Shown here: positions 28,085-41,990 of the stretch, piece by piece
How positions within the stretch are numbered: position 1 is the stretch's first letter
Layout of the letters: each line of letters starts with the position of its first letter
NCBI RefSeq assembly: GCF_009914755.1
Contig: NC_060941.1
From: the human T2T-CHM13v2.0 reference genome, Homo sapiens
DNA: 64,000 bases
Reading direction: 5' to 3' (one strand)
Position numbers and translations under genes: made by a program
Notes under the pieces: model-generated
What the model was told of the DNA's origin: nothing
Database searches by the model: none
What the model saw: only the letters and a program-made list of their open reading frames with translations

Positions 28085-28660
28085 TCACTAGACCTCTAAT
28101 CGTATGCACTACTAAATTTTAAGAGATAAGAAAACATCACTTACAGAGTTTGGAAGAACAAAGTGAATTGGCCCCAAATTTCTCACCCAGCCAAGTTGCC
28201 AGTCGTGGCATATTCTCAGAGATGCAAGAGCTCAGAATATACATCACCCACACTTTCTTGAAAATTATTTAAAGGCGAGCTAAAGAGGACGGCAAGATGA
28301 AGTAAAATTAAAAGTTCAGGGATGGGAAGTCATATAAGGATAAGCAGTAAGCACTAAAATCAGTTGAACCTGTTAATGTGGAAAACAGCTATCAAAACTG
28401 TAACTCATATAAAAATTATGACAAGCATTAGAGATCCCATACTCCAGATAATTTTACAGTAACAAAAAGAGGAAGTAGGATGGGAGCTCACAGGGAGTAA
28501 GAACAGAGCATGCACAATGCTTCATACCCTTGGGGAGAGGAGTCAGAAGATGCTATCTCATTCTTTCCTTTGGTGATCGGAGAAAGGTAGGATAAAAAAT
28601 GTTTTGGGGTGAATCTTGAGATAGTCAGCAGTAGAATTTAAACAACATTTTAAAAATTTT

Positions 28661-28960
28661 GGCCGGGCATTGTGGCTCACACTTGCAATTCCATCACTTT
28701 GGGAAGCTGAGGTGGGAGGATTGCTTGAACCCAGGAATTGAAGATGGGCCTGGACATGGTGAAATCGCCATCTCTACCCAAAAAAAACACAGAAATGACC
28801 GGTGTGATGGCGTGTGTCTGTAGTCCCAGCTACTCGGGAGGCTGAGGTAGGAGGATTGCTTGAGCACAGGAGGTCAAGGCTGTAGTGAGCCATGATCACA
28901 CTACTACACTCCAGCCTGGGTGGCAGAGTGAGACTCTATCTCAAAAATAAATTTAAAAAA
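28661..28960 (+). mobile_element. Alu (AluJ-like)
   Basis: Diverged dimer. Confidence 0.9.
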
Positions 28961-29010
28961 ATTATAGAAAAAATAAATGCAAAGAAAACAGAGTATAGTA
29001 AAAGAGTGAA

Positions 29011-29338
<328 letters not shown>

Positions 29339-32300
29339 CTAGGAGACAGAGGGACAACAACAAGTGAAGCTCCACACGACAGAGGCAGCCAAGAAGTGGG
29401 GGGGTTTAAGAATGTACTGGAATGGGGCTGCCTGTGTTTTCAGCCCCTCCCCTTGCTAGCTGGGTGACCTTGTCCTAGGTACTGCTTAATCTCTCCAAGC
29501 CTCAGCTTTCCTCGTCTATAAAATGTGGATACCAAGTAGGGTTATTGCGGAGGTTAGTTAATATGTCCAAGGTGCTGAGTACCTTATCAGGTACGTACTT
29601 GTGGGTACGAATATTGAGGATAAGGTAACAGATTAAACTGCCCACCATTTTCAGATGGGATGTTTTGCTAAAGTTCAGCGATATCCTATGAATGAGACCT
29701 ACACGTAAAGTAAAATGACCCATAAACACTGAGAAAAAGGATGGGCAGTGATTTATGAGATGAAAGAAAGAAAGCAGTGGAAGTAGAATTGCCCCAAGTC
29801 AGGAAACTCTGTGTACCTGGATGGAGAAAGCCGAGTCGGGGGCTTGTACCACTAACATGCATTGGAAATCTAGAACAATTTAAAGTCTAAGCTTGTTGCA
29901 CAAATTAGCAGAAAGTTGAAGAAGATAAAATACATGGCCCTGAAAACAGAGCGAACATTAACAAACAGAAGCCACACAGACCAATGGGAAAGATAGGGCT
30001 TATTCCACTAATAATGTTGAGAAGTTGTCTAAACATTTGGAGGAAAATAAATGAGATCTTCTTTCACACTGTACACCAAAATAAATTTCAAATGGTCTTA
30101 AGAGTTAAATATAAGAAAGAAACAAAATAATTAAAACTTAGGTGAATATTAAGCTAATCTCAGAAAGGGCAAGGTTTTTGTAAGCCTAAAAGAAATGGAA
30201 AAAATAAAAGGAAATGTTTGACAGATTTAACTACATAATAAGTTAAGCTTCTCTGTTTCTAGAAGAATGGTGACATGTAACACAGTTTGCAGCAACTATG
30301 ACAAAAGGCTTTTATCATTTATATCTCAACAACTCTTCTAACACAGTAAGAAAACTTGTTACTACCTTCTAGAAAACTTGAATAAGGAGTTAAGTCAGGC
30401 AGAAATAAATACAAATGGGCAAATAACCATGGAAAAAAAATTTAACCTCAAAAATAAGAAAGTCAAAATTACAGTGTTATTCTTTACTTTTCTCACCACT
30501 TCTTGATATGGTTTTGGTAGGATTGTGGTAAACTTTTAGAGGAGTAATTTGGCAATGTATGCCAAGAATCTTGAATAATTTCCATCCTTTAAGCTACTTC
30601 CAAGAATGTATTCTTATTCTTCTTTGCATCAGAAAATCTGTGGCGTTCTTAAACACACAGGGTATGATCAGACTTGCACAGCATAAATAGAACAAGAAAA
30701 AAAGTATCAGAAATTTCAATGAATATTTATGCATGAAGATGATCAGTTGCTATGTTATTTGTAAAGGTGAAAAATGATAAACTTTGTAGATGCCCCCAAA
30801 CAGGGAATTGATTAAATAAATTCTGATTAGCCATAAAATGAGATGTTAGACATTTAAAATGTTTTCAAAGCATACTTTGTTATAAAGGCAGGTTCTAAAA
30901 CTTTATTCCTAGTGTGATGTGAATTCTATAAAAATAAATATTTCAATGTAGATAGATGTGGAAGATACTGGCCATAAACATGCTAATGTGCCAATGTTGG
31001 TTCTCCCATACAGAAGTATAGTTGTTTTAGTTTTCTTCTTTATACTTTTATGTCTTTAAATTTCTTGTATGATGGGTGCACCCGTTACTCCTATAATAAG
31101 AAAAAAATTTTCTTAAATATCTTCCTACGTTGTTTATGCAGAATCGTTTCAGTCTCTCATAACCTGGGAAATATTTCTCTCACAACTAGGTTTCATTTTC
31201 TTTTGAAACATCAGAATTATAGAACTTTAATGTAAAATTTTATGTCCCACTAATTGTAAAAGGGAAAGTAATGAAATATTTATGATCTTTTTCCAAGGAC
31301 TAAACATTGCTGTTTCTCATCTTATACCACAGTCCTCCGAATTCTCTTATGTAAGTTTTGTTCCAGTAGAATTTTGGTTGATGAGTTGCCAACCTGTGTT
31401 TTCTGGTACGTGAATGGGACAGAAATTCACTCTTATCACCAAGCAGCCAGCCTCACCAGCAAAATAGAATATTCACTAAATAGGTTCCAAATAAGAAAAT
31501 GGTTAATGTCCCTCAGTCCAGGTTTGTGTACAGGGCCATATGAAGCTGTGAGGCGATGTCTGATCAGGTGTATTTTTAGTGTATCTCATTATTCTTGCCT
31601 TTGTCTCTGGTAATAAGGAAACAAATATCACAAAATTTAGGGGTCATTATTTCTAAACATGAAAGAGATCACATCAGAAATTCTGCAACATTCATAAACA
31701 CAGACGGTGTCAGCAGACTTGATACAGCATAAATAGAACAAATGCAGTGAACTAGACAGCACCCAGACCCAGTTTGTACACAGAATCTCAGTCTATAATT
31801 ACCCAGTCAAAAATTGTTCATCGTGGTTGATGACACCTGTGCATTTTATTTCCTGAAATCTAGAGAAGTTCCACGTGATCACTATTTAACCAAGAGCAAA
31901 AGTCCCTTTCTGACCCATTTTTCCTGTAAGTGGAGATACATCCTGTGCTCTTTTGTCTTTGTGGGTACAGAGATTCTTTCTTCAAAGCATTTAACATTTT
32001 CAAAAAAGTGTGCCACTCCTTTTGGCCTGGCTTTCTTCGCCCGTGAAAAGGCCTGGGTGGTTTTTCCTTGTCCAAGAGTCCCTCCAAATGGACGCTTTAT
32101 GTACTGCAACCAAGAGCTGAGAAGTTTCCAAGCTTTCCTGTCTGTGTTAGCATTCCGGTCATTCAGCAGGAATCCAATGAGCGCAGATTTTATCTTGTCT
32201 GTCCTGTGTTGCCCTGGGGGAGTGATCCCTGGGGGTGCGAGGGGGTGTGGCCCTTGCCCTCAAGGTGCTGTCAGTCTGTAGACATGGAACACCTTTGGGC

Positions 32301-33156
32301 TGGGCTAGGCTGGCAGGAGAGTGGAAGGGCAGAGGAAATGGGTCTTGTGCAAGGCTAAGGGCTGACAGCACTGAGATGGATGGAGGAGTGTCCCCAGCGA
32401 TGGGGCAGTGTGGACCCAGAAGCACAGAGCAAGGTGGGCACAGAGATACACGTGTTCAGCAGTTACTCAGTTCACGCATGGTGCTGTGCTGGGCAGTAGG
32501 GGTTCAAAATAACTAAAAGAGACTAACCTTGTTGGTGTGGAGTGGTTCTTTTGGGTTATATAAATACTAAATGTGATAGGTTGCATGCAGTTAAATATTT
32601 AGCATATAGAACCAACCCATCAGAACCAATGCCAGCTCCTAAGTCATACCAGCATCTGCTAGGGGAATGTGGGCCAGAAGACGGAGCGTCACTGACATTT
32701 AGATAGAGGTGTTCAAGTAAATGGTAGGAAACAGATTAGAGGCCTGTTTTCCATGTTGGGAGCCTAAAAGATACAGTAACCAAGTGCCACTCAAGCTGTG
32801 GTAGAGAATATCTCAGTTCTAACTTGTTAATGGGAGAAGAATATGATTTTGTTGTTGCTTCTGGCCAAATGATTCCAGTGAATCAGTCTGATGAGTGGCA
32901 GTGCCTGGGCTGCCACCCACAACCAACTCTCACCTGTCCTGTCGACTCTTCATTGTTCATGCTTGAGAAATCAGTTACCTCCTTATGCCATGGAGGGCCT
33001 GACTGCAGTGCACGCCCACCAATGGGAAGTCGTGCCCACACCAGTGGCAAGATATGCCACCACCATCATGGACCAACCACCCAACGCCTCCTATCCAAAG
33101 GCAGATCCCAGCAAGCACTTGCTCTCTGTTGCCGGGACTTCTCCCAGCTCCAAAAC

Positions 33157-33500
33157 TGCCTTAGTCTGATCTATTAATATATCTTTTTAACTGGGTGGCT
33201 CATAAACAACAGAAGTTTACTTCTCACAGTTATGGAGGCTGGAGACTCCAAGTTCAGGGCACAGGAAGACTCAGTGGCTAGAGAGGGCCCATTTGCCGAC
33301 AGCCCCACATCCTCACACGGTGGAAGGGCAAACCAGCTCCCTTGGGCTTCTCTTATAAGGGCACTGATCCTCTCCATGGAGGCTCTGCCCTCCTGGCCTA
33401 ATCACCTCCCAAAGGCCCCTCCTCTTAATGTCATCGCCTTGGGGGTTAGGATTTCAAACACAAATTGGGGGCAGGAGGCACAAACATTCAGACCACAGCA
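33157..33500 (-). mobile_element. MaLR solo LTR (MLT1A-like)
   Basis: gggtggctcataaacaacagaagtttacttctcacagttatggaggctgg...cctaatcacctcccaaaggcc...acaaacattcagaccacagca. Confidence 0.85.
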
Positions 33501-33829
33501 CAGAGCTCTTCCCATCCCCAGCCGAAGTAGGAATGACCCAGAGGAAGGCTGCTGTCCCTTTGCACACAGGTTCTGAAAGTGCGTGGGGAGAGGACGATCC
33601 CTCGGTCCCTGCAGAACCAGGCTCTTGAAGCATATAGCAGAGGTTCTCTACCCAGGGCCTACCCTAGAATGTCATCAAAACTGCAGTGTTGTATTAAAGG
33701 GGTGCATGGCTTAGAGAGAATGGAGAATGCCCAGCCCAGAGGCCCAGAGTGTTTTAGGATGTGCCTGTTACCCAAAGTTAAAATCTGTGTGCGTCAGGAG
33801 TGACACTTGGGAGCTACACTTCCCAACCC

Positions 33830-34800
33830 CCTCTCCTGCGGCCACCGGAGCCTGCCTGGGCCCCTTCTCCTGAAACGGCCTTCTGTGCCCACATAATAGC
33901 CCCTAGCGATGCCAGTTCTGGTTCCTCCGCGGGGTCCCACGCCAGCTGACCCAGCAGTACCTGTAACGTGTCCCACCCTTGCCAGGGTTTGTGTGCCTGC
34001 ATGGTTTTAGAGGTTCCAAGTCAGAGCCCCTAAACCCCTTGCCTTATTGCTAGACAGCTTGACCGCCCCCGGAACATCACGTGGGAAGGGCGCTCGGTAA
34101 ATCCTGTTCTGGAGGCAATCTGTCACTCCACCAGTTTCCCAATCAACATTTGCCGAGGAGTTCTGGCTCCCGGTGCAGAACTGACTTGTGGCGACGTGAG
34201 GGAACTGGCAGCTTCTTAGACCCAAGTTCTCCCTCGCAGCATCGTCAGAAGAGGCCCAAAGTAGAGACGCAAACAAACCCTGAGAACAGCGTGTTCTTCC
34301 CAGTAACGTGACCGGGAAAATGTGAGCCAGAGGAAACTTGAGAGCTCCGTGGTGCGGCTGAGCTGGTGGGGTGAGGGTTTTTTCCCTTTTTCTGTCTGGT
34401 CCAGCCCATCGGCCACTTGAGATGCTCCTGAACTGAGTAACCAAGCTGTTCGGAGGGTACTTTCTCAGCAGGACAAGCCCTGAGCTCTGGAAAAACGCAG
34501 CTAGAATAACGAGGAAGCAGAGGGGCCTCTCCCACACCAGGCTTGCCCCGACAGGTCAGCTTGCTTGTGGCCCAGCGCTACTGCGCACATGTTCCTTTAA
34601 GATCCCTATTTCCGAGGCAGCCGTGGCATAATTAAAGAATGGCCCTGTGGATGTCCTACGGTGCTCACTGTTTGCACTTGCTTCTGGGTGGGGCTAAGGT
34701 GTGGGACCGGCCGGGGAAGCCTGAACAAGGTGGGGTTGGCCAATTGCAACAGGTCACAGCCAGATCAGATACCCTGAGGAGGAGGCTGTGAGTCATGTTT
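33830..34800. promoter_or_regulatory. CpG-enriched non-repeat intronic segment; putative enhancer or internal promoter
   Basis: Visibly more CpG than the flanks. CACGTG at 34078-34083 overlaps CGTGGGAA, there are further ACGTG cores, CCAAT near 34740 and TGAGTCA at 34789-34795. Function is inferred. Confidence 0.45.
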
Positions 34801-35109
34801 GTCCAGAAGTGCCAACTGCTGCACCAGAAAAGCCGGGAGAAAAGAAGCAAGCGTAAGGTGCACATGAGAGGTGCTGGTTTCTGAAGGTTCTGTTAAGACA
34901 GGAGAAGATGGATCATAGTTCCTGTCAGGAGACACACCCTCTCCCCCGACCCCCAGCCCAGAACCCCTTCCTTGCTTTATAGCACAAGGTGAAAGTTCAG
35001 AGGCTCAGCTCAAAGCAGAAGGAACCTAAGGGAAGTAGAGCGTCCTTTTTTGTGTCACTTTCTCTTCAAACAACTCACTGTGTTGGTGGGGTAGTGTTTG
35101 TTCTATGCT

Positions 35110-35160
35110 GGGGGTCAGCAAACTACGGCCCAAGGTCCAAATCTGGCCCACAGCTTATTT

Positions 35161-35211
<51 letters not shown>

Positions 35212-35668
35212 TTGAGACTGAGTCTCGCTCTGTCGCCCAGGCTGGAGCACAATGGCACAATCTCGGCTCACTGAAACCTCTGGCTCCTGGGTTGAAGCAA
35301 TTCTCCTGCCTCAGACCCCTGAGTAGCTGGGACTACAGGCGCACGCTGCTACACCCGGCTAATTATTTGTATTTTAATAGAGACGAGTTTTCACCGTGTT
35401 GCCCAGGCTGGTCTCAAGCTCCTGAGCTCAGGCAGTGCACCCACCTTGGCCTCCCAAAGTGCTAAGATTACAGGCGTGAGCCACTGTGCCTGGCCTATTT
35501 TTTAAATAAAGTTTTATTGGAACACAGCTGCGTTCGTTTGTTCACATATCGTCCGTGTCTGCTTTCGCTATGCAATAGACCTGAATAGTGGCAGTAGAGA
35601 CTTTGTGACCTGCAAAGCCTAAATGACTGGTGATCTGGCTCTTTTTAGAAAAGGTTTGCTATCTCCTA
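35110..35668. mobile_element. MER58A-like hAT MITE interrupted by an Alu
   Basis: ggggtcagcaaactacggccc...taaataaagttttattggaacacagc...agaaaaggtttgctatctcct. Confidence 0.85.
35156..35495 (-). mobile_element. Alu with long (TTTA)n tail microsatellite (about 35156-35213)
   Basis: Antisense dimer with the tetranucleotide repeat read directly. Confidence 0.92.
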
Positions 35669-36096
35669 TTCCACACTAATAGGTGAACCTGAATGCAGAG
35701 GTCACCTTGTGAGGACCACACAGAGGTTAATGCCCAGGCCCCCTGAGGCAGGACTGAGTTGCACTCCTGACTCCATCCCTTACTAAATGTTCAACCTTGA
35801 GCAGGTTTGTTAACATCTGTCTGCCTTGGTTTTGTCATCTGGAAAACGGGCATCTGAGTCATTATTTCACAGGAGTATTGTGAGTATTAAGTGAGTGGGT
35901 GTAGTAAAGCACGTGGAAACCTGTCAGTAAAGGCCTCTTTGTTAATTCAGATATAACTCACAGGTCATAATATTCACCCTTTAAAAATGTACAGTGTAGT
36001 GGTTTTCAGTATATTCACAAGATTGTGCAATATACACCACCACTGTCTAACCCAGAACATTGTCATCACTTCAAGAAGAAATTCCTCAGTAGTACT

Positions 36097-36549
36097 TGTA
36101 GTAGGATGAATAACCACCACCCAAAGACATCAGATCTTAATCCCTGGAATCTGTAAATGTGCCCTTAATTTGGAAAAAGGGTCTTTGCAATGTGATAAAG
36201 TTAAGCATCTTGAGGTGGGGAAATTCTTCTGGATGATCTGGATGGGCCCTAAATGTGATCACATGTGTATTCTTAGAGAGGCATAGAGAGAAATTACAGG
36301 CACAGAGAAGAAGGTGATGTGGCCACAAGCCAAGTCATGCCTGCCACCACTGGAAGGTGGAAGAGGCCTGGAGTGGATTTTCCTCTAGAGCCTCCAGAAG
36401 GAACATGGCCCTGCAGAGCCCCTGATTTTGGCCTGGTGATGTGGATGTTGGACTCTTGGCCTCCAGAACTGCAAGAGAATACATTTCTGTTGTCTTAACT
36501 GGGAAGTTTGCGTATACTTTGTTCCAGCAGCCACAGGAAACTGAGGATA
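36097..36549 (+). mobile_element. MaLR solo LTR (MLT1B/C/D-like)
   Basis: taatccctggaatctgtaaatgt...ggattttcctctagagcctccagaaggaac...cagcagccacaggaaact. Confidence 0.85.
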
Positions 36550-37272
36550 CCTATTGCTAAGATTACTATTGATGTCATCCTGCTAGCAGAAGGTAGGCCA
36601 GAGCTAGATTAAGTCCTGTGATCTGAACTGGGGCAGTGTGAGCTTTAGCATACTCCACTTAGTGGTGGAGAAGCCTACTTAAGCCAACAGGCATTCATCT
36701 GGCAGGGACCCCACACCTTTTCCCCACACCACTTACTTTTTTGTTTCCTCCTGCATAGGGCTAAACAGTCCTTGTTGACTGAAAAAAAAAAAAAGGACAG
36801 TCCCAGCCACCCAACAGGCTTCTCGTAGTATGCACACCACTGTCATTGGGAACATGACTGTAGGGAAATGAACACTGTTTTAGATACATTTATGCTATTT
36901 TGTGGAGTGTCGTTTTTCCTTGGTTTCAATATTTGTTTTGTGGCCTTAAAAATCTCTACATCGGTGCAGATTTACCCAGCCCATTTTCACACCCACTGCA
37001 ATCTTCTTTTCCCTCTATGCTTTCCATGTGCTGTTTGTCCTAGAATTGGTAACTGCAGCAGAGAGAGAGAGAACCCACAAAGCACCATTTCCTCTTTGGT
37101 GGCATGGTTGCTGGGTACTCACTGGCTACGTGGTCACTGGGTACATCATGGTCTTCATTGATTCAGTCCCTGGCCTGTTGGTTCTTAGGCAGATGTCAGC
37201 ACATTCCAGCTGTAGTGACTGGAGCACCCCAGTGTACTAAGAGGTTTATTGGTTTTAGAATTGCATCCCTGA

Positions 37273-37592
<320 letters not shown>

Positions 37593-39059
37593 TACACTCA
37601 CACCTTTAAATCAGGTGCAGCACCTTTAAACCCCTTCACTAAGTTCAAGGCACCAAAGCACAGACATAGCTGTGCAGGCTTTGCCTGCCTTCCCACCACT
37701 CCTCTAGGCACACCCAGGGCTCAATACAGCACTGCAAGATGTGTGTTCACTTTTCCCTCTGTGCTCTTTGGCCACCCATCTTTCTAGTGGAAGAGTTTCC
37801 TTTCCTCCTCGTTCTCCTGAGCAACGTTTTCCTCCATCCCCTCCTAGCTGAGGCTGACTTCACCACCTCTTCTCTGGGACTTTGTCTTGCTCAAGTCATT
37901 TCAATACAACAGCAAGCGAAAGTGGAGTTTTGTACAGTCAGAAGCTTGCCCGAGCTCAGCTACTCATTAGCTTTGTGTGGTGGACAGGTTATTTCACCTC
38001 TCTCTGCCTGAAGGCCCTATCTGCAAATGGGCTTGATAATAGCATCTTTTTACATGAAATTAATTTATGGATCTAAAGTCCTTTGAGAGAACATTCTGGA
38101 TATCTAATAATTATCAAAATAATGAATTCTCTGGGTTCGAAGTCATTTTTTCTTCCTCAAAGACAAGGCTCATGGGTTGTGGAAGCGTCCTTCACTCCGT
38201 GGCCTGGTGTTGAATGACATGAAGTTCTTTTGACCACAGACACTAAATCTCGCCTGTTTCCAGCACTTACCTGCCCTTCCACCAACATTTTTGCATTCAC
38301 ATTTCTTTTGCTGTGGGTAACTTCAAACAAAGAAGAGTTTGTTTGTTTGTTTTTTCTGCAGTGTCAGAGAACATTTTTGCTCATGCCTGGTGTGGAGTAG
38401 GATTCGAGAATTTTGTTTACTCTCGCTTTTGCTGTCAGGCAGGGGTGGAGGTGGGAGGTGTCACGGGGTCAGCACAGACTGAACAATCCTGACTTTTGCA
38501 GTAATTCTGTTTTGAGCCTTTGTCCTTGTTTTTGGCTTTTAAGTAGAAGCCAGGAGCAGGGGTGCTCTTAGAGGGGGGGAGAAAAAGTAATAAAAACAGA
38601 GAATTATTTCCTAAAGCAAAACAGATCATTTGGAGGGCCATGTTGTCCTTAAATATGGAGACACTTGACTTTTATGCATTACTAAACAGTGTCTCTGTAT
38701 AGACATGAACCCTTTGATGGGCAGAGTCACTGTGGGTCAGTGCTGACAAGTCTGGTCCTCAGGCAACAGGGATACAGCTGTGTCCTCAACAAAGCTTTTG
38801 GTGTATGTGCCCGTGGATGAATCCTTCAGAACCTCTGCATGACCTTACTTTGACCCATTGCCCAGCTAGAGCACCCTCAGAGTGAAATTAAAAATCCACA
38901 TTGGGGGTGGGGGAGGTGGGAAAGGGGCACACGCTGGGTAGGTTCAGCAGTGTTGCCACCGATCTAGCTTTTATGCAAGGCAGTGAGTCACAGGTGTTTA
39001 TCATTCCACCCCACCATTTATGCTACATATATTCTCTGGATTAAGAAACCACCTGGAGG

Positions 39060-39400
<341 letters not shown>

Positions 39401-41499
39401 TCAGTGGATCCAATGGATCAAGGATTGCATTGAGTTATTTTTTTTTAATTGCAAATTACTTTGGAACACCTAGTTGCTGACTGTTTCACTGTAGCCTAAT
39501 GGGGTCTGTTACCCTGAGGAAACAGCCCTGCTTCTGGGGTCAGAGAGAACTGAATGAAAGTGGGAGTAGTGGTGGTGACGGCGAAGATGATAAAGATAGC
39601 AAATGCTTCTTTAACACTACCATTAGTAATAATAGCAAGTATATAAGACTTACTTTGTCCTGGGTTCTCTTCTAATGCTTTGCGTATATCAATTCACTTA
39701 GTTCCACAGCAACCCTATGGGTTCGGCACTGTTATTTTCCCTGTTTTACAGATGAATAAACTGCGAAGTTGGGTAATTTATCCAAAGCCATACAGCTAAT
39801 AAGTGGCAGGGCAGAGATTTGGCCCTAGCTGCCCACGCTCTTGGTCCCTAAGTGATGCTGCCCCTGAGAAGTCACCCACCACCTGCAGCACCCATTCACG
39901 TGAGATGGCCTGACTTTCCCCTGTGCACCATCAGATGTGTATCCCTCACTCGGGTGCCTGCAAGCCTTTGTGAGCGCACCTTGCTTCTCTCAGGGAAAGC
40001 ATAGCGGTCACTCCCGCCTGGCTTCCTGTCTGGGTCCACATCTCCACTTTTCATCAAGCAGGCTCTTGGCAAAATCACTGGCTTCATTGCCTAGCCTGCA
40101 CTGTGCCATCTACTGTGGTGCACCTGTGGCTTAGATTCTCCAATCCGGCTAGGGCGGCCCAGTCCTGCGAGCTGAGGAGCAGCCCATCTGCCTGTATCCC
40201 CACTCCATTCCTGAACATTTACTTACAACTCTAAAACTCTCATGTCCTGGGTTCCCGAGCCACCTGCATCGGGGATCACTGGGTAGGTGGTTCTCCATCT
40301 TCATCATCTTATTTGAATGGGCTTTATCCAGAAATGACAGGTTACATGATCAGGAAATTATATAACCTTCTAACCCAGGCTGGTTTTTCTCAGTGCCGGG
40401 CTTGACAGCTGATAATTTCAGAGCAGCCATCTGAAGCCAAAAAAATGAGAATATAATTAGTATTCTGTATTTCTATTAAAGTTCTGGAATTACAGAACAG
40501 ACTTTCTATTCTGAAATGGCCAGTGCCGTGGCACAGATGTATTTCCTCAGCAGATGTCTCCTCCTCATAAAGGCTGCAGAACTGCTAATGAGCTGCAATA
40601 GAAAAGCATTCTTCCCGCGTTCCCTGCCAGGGCCTTGGGCCCATTTGGGCAGACCTCGGGGAGCAGTCACTGCTTCTGCAGCTGAAGGAGCAAGGGAAGT
40701 GTGTTGTTTCTATACTGTTGTGTTTAGAGACTACCTGTCTTTTGAAAGTTGAGTTGGCATGATAGATCTTTTAAAAAAAAACTCATTTTCAATAGTGTGT
40801 GTATCTAAGTAGTGTGATTTTGTTGTTGTTGTTGTTGTTGTTGTTTCCTTATCTTAATTCTGTGGGTCAAAACAATTTGGTTCTTGCAGAAAGTGAAAGA
40901 CAAGAAATGAGCCGTGGGACCTGTGCTGGGTCTGTTCTTCTTGGACCCAGTATTGCTCTTAGGCTGTGGAACTTGCTCTTGCTTAGTAACTCGGAATTGG
41001 CATTCCCTCCAACTGTGCTTCCCAAATGTGGGATGGGACCACTGATGGGTGTGACTTTTGGTTGCACTTGAGGTGATTTCTGAAGGTACTGTACGGATGT
41101 TAAAAAGCATTAAATTACGTGATGAGTTAGTTATTCTCAATTTTCTTTCAATCTCAGTTGAAGCAGCAAAGACTTCTGGGGCTGGAATATCCTTAACACA
41201 CTAGCGCTTGTTAATTTCCCCTTTGTAGCTAAGAGACAGAAGATCTCAGGCAACTGGATCCAGCTAGAAATGAATAACATCTATTTTCATTGTGTTTACT
41301 TTTATGGTTACCTTCCATTTATGGCAAACAATCTTGGTTTTCTGTTTCCTATAGTGATGTGTTTCCTTTTTAAATGATGGATATTAAAAAGCGAGCCAAT
41401 TTAAAGAAAAATGTGAATAATAGTTGAAGTCTTCAAATGATGTCAGTGTGCTAGGCCAGGGAGCACACTTAGAGAGCAAATGCTGGGTGCAGTGAACAG

Positions 41500-41670
41500 T
41501 GCCTGGACCTGGCTTCACCTGAGACTCACCTGGGGAGCTTAAAGATCCTGGTGCCTGGGTGTCAACCCGGACCAAGTAGATCTGACTCTCTGAAGGTGGG
41601 GCCCAGGGATCAGTGTTTGACTAAAACATCCCAGGTGTTTCCAGGGTGTAGCTGAGGTTGAGAATGTCTG
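41500..41670. mobile_element. MER5-type hAT MITE
   Basis: gactcacctggggagcttaaa...ggtggggcccaggga...cccaggtg...gaggttgagaa. Confidence 0.7.
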
Positions 41671-41714
41671 CCCACCTATCCTGGGGCAGCGTCCTCACCC
41701 TCTGACTCCATATC

Positions 41715-41990
41715 TTTTTTTGGGGGGGTCGGGGGGATAGAGTCTCACTGTGTCACCCAGGCTGGAGTGCAGTGGCATGATCTCAGCTCACTGCAGCCTC
41801 CGCCTCCTGGGTTCAAGCGATTCTCGTGCCTCAGTCTCCTGAGTATCTGGGATTACAGGTGCCCACCAGCACGCCCGGCTTCTTTTTGTATTTTTAGTAG
41901 AAATGGGGTTTCACCATGTTGGCCAGACTGGTCTCAAACTCCCAACATCATGTGATCCACCTGCCTCAGCCTCCCAAAGTGTTGGGATTT
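41715..41990 (-). mobile_element. Alu (AluS-like, 5'-truncated) with a G-run in the tail
   Basis: Antisense Alu with TSD-like tgactcca(t/c)atctt. Confidence 0.9.

Noticed and set aside
31814-32281. 155-aa plus-strand ORF
   Set aside because: Starts at TTG, has no motif or exon-like borders, and looks like translated intron.
34007-34537. Longest ORF in the track (176 aa, minus strand) and overlapping ORFs
   Set aside because: No recognisable domain. Long open frames in several phases are expected in GC-rich sequence.
34989-35465. 158-aa ORF with a hydrophobic IYLF repeat, and many similar ORFs containing [11 protein letters not shown] or QAGVQW
   Set aside because: These are translations of Alu bodies and their (TTTA)n or poly-T tails.
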